A stretch of DNA of 62,453 nt, filler included, from Choristocarpus tenellus KU-1152 (Eukaryota; Protista; Phaeophyceae): the NCBI GenBank assembly GCA_964200185.2. It is 10 parts of 10 records of this genome, joined end to end, with 100 filler letters (N's around TTAATTAATTAA, not from the genome) between each part and the next. Parts side by side here need not be neighbours in the genome. Positions count along the whole stretch, not along the records: positions 51,933 to 54,550 come from CAXNAD020026226.1; positions 54,651 to 59,172 come from CAXNAD020014172.1; positions 59,273 to 62,453 come from CAXNAD020021737.1; 7 more parts are not named here. The stretch is one strand, 5' to 3'. A model generated the notes under the pieces. That model was given only the letters and a program-made list of their open reading frames with translations, was not told the origin of the DNA and did no database searches. The position numbers and the translations under genes were made by a program. Of this stretch, positions 52,050-62,220 are shown in pieces. Every line of letters begins with the position of its first letter. Within the stretch, counting starts at the first letter, position 1.

Positions 52050-53690
52050 AGTTTGTGAGGTTGCCCAAGTACAGTAGCAAAGTCACACATTGACGTGCAG
52101 TTAAGTGCATTTAAGCATATTTGAATCCGTGCGCAAGTGTTGGATTGATTTTTGGTGGTTTTGATACTGAAGTTGAGTGCATATGCTGATGCTAGTTACG
52201 CTGGAGATTGCTCTCTCTCATTTACTCACATTTTCCGACCTGACCATCACATATCCTGCTGCCATCTCGAGTGCCGTTTGATGGTCTTTCCCGTCGTTCA
52301 TACACAGGTACAAGATTCGCAGTGTTAGAGCCTTTACTATCACATTTCCTTGTTGAGCGCTGGAAATGGGCGTCGTCCGTGTTTCCTGGGCGGGTGATAT
52401 TTTATCATCAAGTCTCAAGGGCGAGGGAGGAAAGGCTTAAGTTGCTCGAGAATTGTCTTGATTTCTCGAATGAGTGCAGACCAGGAGAAAGCCTTAATGA
52501 ACCTTATACGTCCAACCCTAAGTCCAGGAACAAGAGTGCATTTACGGTATCTTGCAAGAAATGGGGGACACCAAACCATCAGCCATAGTCTCAATCTCAC
52601 CTCCTCTTCTTCCCTGGCGTCCTTGTAGATGACTACCTCCATCTGCTTCGCGACCGCTTCTAAGTAGAGGATTTGGTGGTATCAAAAAATCTCCACAGCT
52701 ACCTTTGCTACGATCGCTTTCTCCTCTGTCTTGTGAGCCCTTTTGACCTTCTTTCGGGCTTCAGAGTCCTTGTAGCCCAACCCTAACACCTTCTTTCTCG
52801 TTTCCTTACGCCAATCCACCTCGCATAGCTTCTAAACAGCTAGGGCCTACTGCAACTGTGAACTACTAAGATATTATACACCCGGGTTTTTGCTTAGGCA
52901 TTTCCTGAGTGCAATGGCATGCAGTTGCACTGCTCTCCTCCCCAACCTTCCCTTCGGGCGGCCACCCCAGTTCTCCCTTCGCCTGCCGTGACCTGGCTTC
53001 CCCACAGACTTCGCCACCGGACCACCTGGTGATGAACTTGCCACTCTCTTCCTGCTTTTCTGAGGCAGCAGAGACTGCAGATCACTGCTCTGACGTGGTT
53101 GAAGATCCAACCACGTTTGTGTAGTAAAATGCTTTCAATACATCTTCTCTCAGTATCATTGTCGCGGCTACGTGGTCCATTGCGCGATTTGATTATGCTG
53201 CTGCGCCACATTGCAAGCACTTTCTTGTGTCTTAACATCGTACCAAGTGTCACACAGTACTTGTTTTTTTGTCGCCTCTTGACTGAGAAGGTGCTGAGGG
53301 TAGATCCAGGAGGCAGAGTGACCTCGGCGGCTCTCCTTGTCTCACCGTCTTGGTTCTTGCTGCTGTGTGGGTCATGTGTGTGTGTGCTCTCAAAAGTCTG
53401 CAAAAGGCGCTAATAAGATGTCCACAAATCTTGCTCTCTTATTTTTTTGTTATTCCCGTAACCACCATTTTACAGCAGTGACCTAACCCGGATCAGTTGT
53501 TTGCGGGGAATTCAGTCAACCACTTCATTTTTGTAACTTTTGAGGTTGTGACCATCAAATTTCGGTCGAGATGTTCCACTGCGCGTTTTGCTATTCTTTG
53601 ATCAGGGCATAGTTCCTGCTCATGGGAGTTAATACTTTCCTGCATACCAATCTTCAACACATATTGTCATAAGCTTTCATTTGATATTGT
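52050..53690 (-). mobile_element. Dispersed repeat family with a decayed ORF (probable DNA-transposon N-terminal region); second copy at 55263-56690 (+)
   Basis: 52440-53690 aligns to the reverse complement of 55263-56690 (both encode DGETRR..E.TLPPGSTL.TFSV.RR...KYCV.L); LRILYLCMNDGKDHQTALEMAAGYVMVRSENVSK*E looks HTH-like. Confidence 0.6.
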
Positions 53691-54319
53691 TGTATACTCC
53701 TTGAGGCAACACAGTGAAAAAAAAGCAAGATTTGCTCCAGAGTACCACTTTAGTGGGAAACATACATGTGTGTGTGTATTTTTTAGTTTGTTAAAGAGTT
53801 AATGCTTGTTTTCAGTAAGGGGAGGATGTCGAAAAACTAGTGTTGTACTTACATTGTGCGTGCTAACGCATATAACACCGTTTTTTTCACGTTATCCTTA
53901 GGTCGGTACAATACAAAGTAATAACGTACGTAACGGTCATATGTTGGTGATAGTGGATGACTAAAGACAAAGGTGGGCATATAATTAATAAAGCAGTGTA
54001 TGTTCACCATGTAACCCGTCAACAGCTTCTGGTGACGAGCCTTTCATACTGCATATCCACTGTCCCCATCAGACCCTCATCCTTCTTTCCACTCCCCACC
54101 TCTTCTCCTTGTCCAACCTTACTTCATCCACTTGGTTGCGATTCGTCTTGGTCCTTCTGGTCTGTCTTCCCCAGTGTCTATCTTCAGCACCCATATGCGA
54201 CAAGCCATTCCACCACAAATCACATGCAGGCAACCAATTTCGCGGTAGCATACCCACTTGCATGTGTTGCAAAGATCTTAGTTTTGTTCATTAGAATGAC
54301 TCAATTGCATTGGAAATAT

Positions 54320-54375
54320 GTTGTTTAGCTTAACTTGCGCCACAGTATGCGGGGGTTCGAATCCCATCGTCGCTG
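54320..54375 (+). other. tRNA-derived fragment (Pol III A/B-box-like), possible SINE head
   Basis: TAGCTTAAC at 54326-54334 and a perfect T-loop/B-box GGTTCGAATCCC at 54354-54365; no complete cloverleaf. Confidence 0.4.
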
Positions 54376-54650
54376 GATCTTCTTTCCACCATAACCACTA
54401 TTGTCTAGTGCCTGGGATCCGATCGCCGTCCTATTGACAATACAAATGCAGGAATGTTCTCACCCACTGCAAATAACAGCCGATTTCAAAAATTGAGGAT
54501 GGAGCTTTTCATTGAGGATGGGCTTGATTGACCCAAAATTGACTGGGATANNNNNNNNNNNNNNNNNNNNNNNNNNNNNNNNNNNNNNNNNNNNTTAATT
54601 AATTAANNNNNNNNNNNNNNNNNNNNNNNNNNNNNNNNNNNNNNNNNNNN

Positions 54651-55125
54651 GGAGGGGAGGTCAAGTTCGGGCGGGGTAGATGTCTTCCAGCTCGAAGGCA
54701 CGGTATGAAGGGGATGATGAAGAGGGGTTCTTGGATGATTGTGGAGTGGTGTTGAATGGTGTGGTGGAGTGGTAAGTGGGATGGGGTTGACTGGAGTGGT
54801 AACCTTTGTGGCGTTGAGTGGGGTTGAATAGGGTTGAAAGGGGTGGTAGAGACCAGAAATCAGTGGCAAAAGGGATCGCACTGGTTGGTCATCGGATGTG
54901 AGGGTGGTGACCGGAAATCAGGGGCGAAGGGGGGTTCGCCCTGGTTGGTCATCGGATGTGAGGGTGTGACTGGAAATCAGGGGCGAAGGGGGGTTCGCCC
55001 TGGTTGGTCATCAGATGTAGGGGGTGACTGGAAATCAATGGCGAAAGGGATTCGCCCTGGTTGGTCATCGGAGGTGGATGGTGGCTGGAAATCAGTGGCG
55101 AAGAGTTCGCACTGGTTGGTCACAA
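54651..55125 (+). repeat. Second copy of the dispersed repeat with the ~54-bp palindromic minisatellite
   Basis: About 5 units GGAAATCAGGGGCGAAGGGGGTTCGCCCTGGTTGGTCATCGGATGTGAGGGTGTGACT preceded by the segment homologous to 31690-31878. Confidence 0.9.
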
Positions 55126-55262
55126 GGGTTGTTAGAATGTGGGGAGAAAAGGGAATAGGGAGGAATACAAACATAGAATAAAATAATAATAATCCAGAAT
55201 TCGTGAGCAAAACAAAATAAGAGTATGTAGCAACAAACCTGAAAGATACAGCCATATATATA

Positions 55263-56690
55263 TATCAAATGAAAGCTATTGACAAGGGCTTTTGAAGGGT
55301 TGTATATATGATTGTCCTACCTTGGGGAAAGGGAGCCGTATCCCGATCAAATAAAGTCAAAACGCGGGGGAACATCTCCGATGTAGTTTTGAAAGTCACG
55401 ACTTCAAAACGGACAAAAACGAAGTGGTTGGCTGAACTCCTTCCAAAAAACTGGTTCTGGGTAGGTCGCTGCCCAAGTTTGGGCGTTTTGCCGATACGGT
55501 GAAAACTCTCAAGATTTCCTGACATATTTTCAACCCCTTTTGCAGACTTTCTGTGAGCACACACATGCATGACTTACACAGCAACATAAACCACGACGGT
55601 GAGACAAGGAGAGTTGTCGAGGCCACTCTGCCCCCTGGATCTACCCTTGGCACCTTCTCTGTCGAGAGGCGACGGAATAGAAAATACTGTGTGAAACTCA
55701 GTGCAATATTGGGTTACGAGAAAGTGCGAGTAGTGTGGTGCAGCAGCAAAATCAAATCACAAAATGGATCACAGGGCTGCGATGCTGATGCTGAGAGAAG
55801 ATGCATTGAAAGCATTACCATACAAACGTGGTTGGGTCTTCAACCACGTCGGAGCACTGCTCTGCAGTCTCTGCCGCCTCGGGAAAGCAAGAAGAGACCC
55901 AAAGTTTCCGGGTGGGGGGGTTCTACACCAGGGTGTCCATTTGGACCAAAACCAGGAAAAGTGCACTTACATTAATCCATCCGACGTATGCAACCAAATC
56001 ATCCCATAATCGTGACATGAAAAAATTTACCCCAAATAGGCAGCCGCCACCCCCCACCACCAGATACTTTGAGCGAAGAGAGCGGCGAGTCCATCACCAG
56101 GTGGTACAGTGACTAAGTCTGTGGGGAAGCTTGGTCACGGTAGGTGAATGGAGAACTGAGGTGGCCACCCAAAGGAAAGGTTGGAGAAGAGAGCAGTAGG
56201 ACTGCATGCCATTGTGCTCAGGAAACGCCAAAGCGAAAACCCGGGTGTAGAATATCTTAGTAGTCGACAATTGCAGCAGACCCTGGATGTTTGGAACCTG
56301 TGCGAACCGAATTGGCTTAGGAAACGCGAAATAAGGTGTTAGGTTTGGGCTACAAGGACTGTGAAGCCTGAACGAAGGTTGGGCTTGCAAGGCGGAGGAG
56401 AAAGCAACCGTAACAAAGGCAGCTATGGAGACTTTTCGATACCACCAAATCATTTACTTTGAAGAGGTCGCGAAGCAGGTGGAGGTAGCCATCGACGTGG
56501 ATGCCAGGGAAGAAGTGGAGGTCAGATTGAGACTATTTGCACACTGATGGTTTGGTGTCTCCCACTTCTTGCAAGATGTCGTACATTTACTTTTGTTCCT
56601 GGACTTAGGGTTGGACGTATAAAGTTGATTAAGCCTTTCTCCCAGCCTGCATTCATACGAGAATCAACACAGTTTTCGATCGACTCAAGC
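55263..56690 (+). mobile_element. Second copy of the 52440-53690 repeat, carrying a MITE-A insertion
   Basis: Colinear reverse-complement homology; extra 180 bp plus 4-bp duplication at 55896-56079. Confidence 0.75.
55896..56075 (-). mobile_element. MITE family A (180 bp), 4-bp TSD AAGA, with an empty-site homolog in the window
   Basis: Filled: AAGCAAG-AAGA[GACCCAAAGTTTCC...CAGATACTTTGAGCG]AAGA-GAGCGG. Empty (reverse complement of 53041-53066): AAGCAGG-AAGA-GAGTGG. Confidence 0.95.
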
Positions 56691-57159
56691 CTGTCCTACT
56701 GTTACAGCACGCTCTAGAACTCACCTCCACATGATGTGTAACTCTAATCCAACGACCTCAAAGCGATGCTATGGGGGGTATTTCCACAATTGATAGCCAC
56801 GTATGGGTATCAGCTACTACTCTTCTCTCGATGTTTCAATCAGTGCTTAGCTCAATGCTTGACTTAAAGTTTCAATCGAGATAAAAGAGTGGAGCAAGAG
56901 TTAGTTTGGCGACTTCAAAGTATAAAATTATTTTAATTTCTCACTCAGTTTCTACAGACTACAAGTAAAAATATATCTACAAACTGCTGTATACATACTC
57001 AAATTATACAACTTTATTCTGCAACTTCTAGGAATTGACGTTTCTTCTGTAAGGTTACGTATGCATTTCTAATCTTACTTTGCGTCTTCTAAGAAATCAG
57101 CATATTTTCTGTAAGGCCACCTATGTGCTACTAACATGCCCCCCAGCGTGAATTACCAA

Positions 57160-58960
57160 TATGTGTTTCACGCTTACCACAGGCGATTGTCACCGGTGAA
57201 GGCAATAGATATCATCAATCACCTCAGATCATCCTGTGGCAAGGACAAAAAAGAAGAAAAAAATACCTAACTCCTACTAGGTCCAAAACATATATCCTTA
57301 TCTACTTGGAGAAATCTGTCTGCATCTAGCTTAATCTGAGTATGTATTTGCTCTTTCTAAAGTACAGCTTCCCCAAGGTGCCAAGTCAAGTATCATCTGA
57401 TTATTGCCTGTCTCATGCCCCCCAAGCACGAAGCATACTGACGGCTGCTAGTGCGTAAGACAGGCAATAACATCAACATCAGCGACAACAAAAAATGGGA
57501 CAAGGGACAGAAAAGAAAGGACTGAAGAAAGATAAATGAAAATAGGAAATATAGGAAATAGAACAATGCACAGAATGAATGGGATAAGGTACCTGATCTA
57601 CAGAAAAGAAATTAGAAAAACAAAATGACAAATAAATAAAAAATAAAAACCAAAAATGCATCCCATACAAATTACTATCTGTTCTGATGCAGCTCAAAGT
57701 ATCTAGGGGGAGGTGGCGGCTGTCCAGTTGGGATCAATTTTTTCACGTCGCGATTTTGGGGAGATTTGGTTGCATGCATCGGATGGATAATGTAAGTGCA
57801 CTTTTCCTGGTATTGGTCCAAATGGACACCTTGGTGAAGACCCCCCCCCCCCCAGAAACTTTGCGTCCGTGGATGACTTCATGGTTCCAATTTCTGCTAT
57901 CCTACGTTCCATGCAGGGACTACCTGTTTCACACTTACCACAATGATAATCATTTATCAGGATAATAAATATCATCCATCACCTTAGATCATCCTGCGGT
58001 GGCATGCATAATAATTGCCATTATTTGGTAACATAGGGGCTTCAGTTCCGACTCTGCCAGTTGTTTCCAACATAGGGACTCCAGTTCCAACTCTGCCAGT
58101 TGTCTACAAAATAGGGACTCCAGTTCCAGATTAACCTATAGATTTCAACAATGACAAATATCCTCGTTTACTTTGGGAATGGATCCCCAAAGGTCGTAAG
58201 ACATTGTCAAGATCAATATATGTCCGACCAGATAAGAGTATATACTTCAATAAAAAATACATAACTCCAACTAGGCCCAAGATAGGTCAACAAATATCCT
58301 TGTTGTCCTTGGCAAAATCTTTCCCAAGGGTCACAGAATACCATCAGAGTCGGTTTGCCCCTGGCCTAATCTGAGTATACACTTGCTCTTTCGGAAACAC
58401 ACCTTCAAAATTTACAAAGTACGTATCTCTGACATGGTCTAAAATCAATGAGTCCCCAGTTCAGATCTCTCTGATCACAAATGTGATTAATTTATCCACA
58501 TTCCCTTCAAAGTGTCCATAAGGTCACACAATACAATCTCTGTCAAGTTGTGTCTGGTATTTATTTTGTTTCTTCTGAACTAGACCTTCAAAGATTACAA
58601 ACTACTTAGCTCTGATTAGGCCTAAAATTCACGCACCTTCCATTCCAATCTTCCCAGTTATATAATGCAAGTGCTATTGGGGATTAGACTTACTCGACGG
58701 GATTCATGACCTACTCGACATCTGATTATTGTCTGTCCTACGCCCCCCAAGCACAAAGCATACTCAAGGCTGCTAGTGTGCAAAACAGGCAATGAAAAAT
58801 AAATAAATAAATAAAGAAGGGCCAATGAGAGCAACAAATAGTATAATAATTAAATTATAAAATTAAATTAATAGGAGTAAAGGGAAGGAAAGAATAAATG
58901 GGAAATAAGAAAAAATAAGTAAAATAAAAGGGGTAATAAATAGAAAGGAGAAAAAATAAT
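57160..58960 (+). repeat. Two diverged copies of a repeat ending in a 66-nt hairpin plus A-rich tail (~57160-57660 and ~57925-58960)
   Basis: Shared blocks GTTTCAC.CTTACCACA, ATCACCT.AGATCATCCTG, AAAATAC.TAACTCC.ACTAGG.CCAA, TAATCTGAGTAT..A.TTGCTCTTTC and the hairpin at 57403-57468 / 58728-58793. Confidence 0.75.
57691..57867 (+). mobile_element. MITE family A (177 bp)
   Basis: AGCTCAAAGTATCTAGGGGGAGGTGGCGGCTGTCCAGTTGGG...AAATGGACACC...CCCAGAAACTTTGCGTC; no intact TSD. Confidence 0.9.
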
Positions 58961-59301
58961 ATGTGGATGATGAGGGTACAGTACCTACCCCGATTTTATG
59001 CCGATTATTATGTACCAAACCCCATTTTGTACCGATGTTTTCGACATGCTCAAGAAAATAGGTTTTTGCACCGGAATTCTCGTATTCGGGCGATTTTGCA
59101 CAAAATCACAGAGATATTCAGGCGAGTTTGGCGCGCGCATAAAAAATTCTCGCGAAAAGTGCCTTTCTTCCTNNNNNNNNNNNNNNNNNNNNNNNNNNNN
59201 NNNNNNNNNNNNNNNNTTAATTAATTAANNNNNNNNNNNNNNNNNNNNNNNNNNNNNNNNNNNNNNNNNNNNAAAAAAAAAAGTTTTTTACCAAAAAAGA
59301 G

Positions 59302-59334
<33 letters not shown>

Positions 59335-59484
59335 AGATACTTTGGCCCTCCACTCTGCAACTGAAACTTGTGCCATGTAATTGATCCTGCCAAAAAAGAT
59401 CCTCAAAACATTCCAAGTATAGCTTGAATGCATTCATCATCATAGAATAAACCCTCAGGAGGACTGAGGTTGAGGGTTAGGGTC

Positions 59485-59900
59485 ATGCAGCTGTACAACA
59501 GAGACCCCCACTACTCCAGTCGAACTCCAGGCAACTCAATCGCAAGAGGGAAGACTTCCTCCAAAATGATTTGGGGTACACAGTTTCATAACTCAGTAGG
59601 AGCCGAAATGGAGAACTGGTGAGATGGAAGCGAATTGGCAATAACAGAAGTCCTTTCTGAGGCCTAACTTTGGAGTGCATGGGTAAGGCAGTGCCTTTAA
59701 ATCTTTCTTGTGAGTTGTGGACGTGAGGAAGGACTTGTCAAAAATTGGAGGGAAAAAACATGAAATGATTTGGGTGAAGCAAATGCCCACGGAATGCTCC
59801 TACGCCAACAGCAGACCGCTCGCCCATTCCAATAAAAATATAAATTGACGTACTCGGAGTATACACGTCCCTTCCTATCTCTCGGGATTTCCTTCCGCAC
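59485..59900 (-). mobile_element. Degraded LINE (RTE-like) RT N-terminal fragment
   Basis: GMGERSAVGVGAFRGHLL (similar to MAN.KAVGPD.LP.ELL), KSFHVF...RPQL and RKDFCYCQFASISPVLHFG (similar to KKD...C.NYRGISLV.H.G), across frameshifts. Confidence 0.45.
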
Positions 59901-60164
59901 ACCCACAATCTCGCGAAGAACAAAACCCCGACCAAACACTAGCACTACACACATTCTTCATCATGAAATTGCTGGACGACTACATCGTTTCTAGTTTGTC
60001 ATCTATCAGATCATTGAAACTAACACTACATCACACAACTCCATCAAAAAGGACTCTACAAAAAAAATAAATAGAGAACTCCCCCCCCCCCCCCCCCCCC
60101 CTGTAAGAGGTCTTGCACATACTTCCATGTACCAAAATTGTCCCAAAATCATCTCTGGCAGCCG

Positions 60165-62002
60165 CTATGATACCGCCGAACGAGCTCTTCGCTCCTTACA
60201 CCTCCGCCCAAGCAGGTCCTCCAGCCTGCCTATCCCCTTGGCCAACACGACACGGTCCCTTCTGAGACCACCTTCATCCTCCATGTTTGGTGCCAAGAAC
60301 CACTCTCCGGCCCCATCGAGCGCATCCAATACGCCTCTTCGATTCTCCCCCTCCCCCTCCAATCTCTTCAGCAGAAAAGGTCCGTAAGAGGGATGTCTCA
60401 ATGCAAATGACGTACGGGAAGACCGTACCAGTCCTGCCAGACCCGACCAGGGCTTGCTGGTCTTGCCCTTGCTTTCACCTTCACCTCCACCTTCACCTCC
60501 ACCTTCACCTCCACCTTTTGCAGCCTTGATGACATCACCGCTCCCATAGCCCTCATTCTGTTGCTGTCGAACCTGAGAAATAAACTCGAGGCGTGCAAGG
60601 GGCCCCCACCCGGCCTTGAGAAGCCACGGGCCTGTGATGGCATGCAAGGAGGGTCATTGGTGTTGACATGTGAGCTATGCATTGCTCACAACAGTGCTTC
60701 GAAGCTTCAAAGACGAACTGAGGACTGTATCCACACCACCTTGGGGGAGGGGGAGGAAAAAATGCATTTGTTCTGAAAAGCTTCAAAAAAAGAGTCTCCA
60801 CCTTCTTGTCAACATGAGCAATATCCCTCACTAACCTCTTCAAAATCGTACAATATCTGCACGCCTTTTTGGTGCACATTGACAGACAAAAAAAACAAGC
60901 AAGAAACAACTTTCACTTGGCCGCAAACAATTGTTAAAGGGTCATCAAAATCTCAAGACCAATCAATACCTGTACCACACCATACACCTCACCCATTTCA
61001 CAAAACTATTTTCAGTCTTCAACAGTAGGGGGAGTTAGTGTGGGGGGTGCTTGGGGCACTGTTCCAACTCCTCTCTTCTTCACTCTGTCTCTGCCTTCCT
61101 CCCCAACCATTCCTCCAACCGCCTTCCAATATTTGTCATGTTTCATTGTCCGCCCACATGTCACATGCTGTCCTGCTAGATGCAATTACAAACACCACTA
61201 TCTCAGAAGCCAAGACATCCGAGCTCCCGACTAAGAGACTGCAATTACAGTACTGTATAAGTGTCATCTCAGACAGCGATGGTATCACCCTGGCCATGCC
61301 ATTTAAAGAGTCTTACCACCCTTGCATGAGTGACAACCAGCAAGAGACCAGGCAGAACATAAAATATACACGACTTCGAAGCACACAACGATTGCTCATT
61401 CATGTCAGAGATACCCAGACAAGTAATGTCAAAGCCTCAGATGAGAGCAATTCACTATTGTCACACCACCTCGAGACAGCCCTCCAATCACACGGGATAT
61501 CAATAGTGTGAAGAATCACACCAATCAAATCAATTGAAGATTACCAGGGTGTAGATTCCGTCGGGGGGGGGGGGTTCTTCTTATTCCTGTGGTCACTTAC
61601 TCCATGCACATTTCCGTTCAAACAGAACACATGAAAAGGAACACATCGAAATTCCTTTTCGAAAAAATTGAGTTACACTTCGCCTGATCGAACCTCTCAG
61701 GTAACAACACACCGGAGATCGAAAATTCAATACTGTTGTCACAATAATAAAAAAAGAGACAGTTCAAAAAATAAAATAAAAATGGAATTAATAATAATGG
61801 GGATAGGTGTGACAACGTCGCCGAGGTTCATACCCTCTTCAATCAGCCTGTCCATGCTCTCAGGTGTTAAACCCGTTGCCTCTCTCAGCCAGTCCACTTT
61901 AGGTATTATGGTATTGTTGACGTCTAGGTTAAGGATGCCAGGGGTACGGGACACCATGCCTGTTATGTTGGCGGAGGGAAACGTAGCCCTCAGTTGTTCC
62001 AC
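60165..62002 (-). CDS. mTERF-repeat-like protein, last two exons
   Basis: Exon 61834-62002 VEQLRATFPSANITGMVSRTPGILNLDVNNTIIPKVDWLREATGLTPESMDRLIEE-g|GT joins in phase to exon 60165-60631 gc-PWLLKAGWGPLARLEF...stop. P.IL...+...+.PK+.WL....GL....+..+I is the mTERF repeat pattern. Confidence 0.75.
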
Positions 62003-62032
62003 CTGTGAATATTACACAGACACCAAGCATTC

Positions 62033-62220
62033 AGGCACAGCATAACGCATCGCACACACTACCGAACCAAGTCTGAATTAGCAACTGAAACACGGTACAT
62101 GGTGCAGTATACAAACCACATCCACAGGCACAGCATAACGCATCGCACACACTACCAAACCAAGTCTGAGTGAGCAACTGAAACACGGTACATGGTGCAG
62201 CATACAAACCACATCCACAG
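62033..62220. repeat. 93-bp tandem duplication just upstream of a minus-strand acceptor
   Basis: CAGGCACAGCATAACGCATCGCACACACTACC.AACCAAGTCTGA...AAACCACATCCACAG occurs twice. Confidence 0.92.

Larger units (their letters stand above)
228..59483. repeat. About 45 scattered short interstitial telomeric tracts (TTAGGG/CCCTAA, ~1.5-4.5 units)
   Basis: By-eye positions include 228, 1343, 5245, 6465, 6768, 7192, 7435, 7668, 8384, 8586, 8762, 8848, 9457, 9601, 9846, 10056, 10087, 10176, 12107, 20318, 21790, 22239, 26441, 26506, 27657, 27711, 29327, 34612, 34652, 34865, 36716, 37615, 40301, 40911, 41024, 46956 and 59474. Confidence 0.93.

Noticed and set aside
52350-52500. IS5-like motif (W..LI...L.P.LP...GRRPFP) suggesting a bacterial IS
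   Set aside because: Short, interrupted by a stop, no downstream DDE motifs and no IS ends.
52777-52786. CCCTAA near-repeats at 52777, 52514 and 56606 as telomeric insertions
   Set aside because: The paralogous copy has essentially the same bases, so they are ancestral sequence of the repeat rather than insertions.
54320-54375. Functional tRNA gene
   Set aside because: A-to-B box spacing too short and no cloverleaf can be drawn.
54850-55125. Palindromic repeat array as a CRISPR
   Set aside because: Sequence between the palindromes is itself repeated (no unique spacers), there are no cas genes, and the context is eukaryotic; the same applies to 31475-31690 and 835-1215.
57425-57450. Hammerhead-like core (GAAG...CTGACGG) in the 66-nt hairpin
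   Set aside because: No stem I/III geometry, and the paralog changes CTGA to CTCA and GAAG to AAAG.
3092-62002. A functional gene cluster or operon across the window
   Set aside because: Genes sit on separate contigs joined by artificial linkers, so adjacency is arbitrary.
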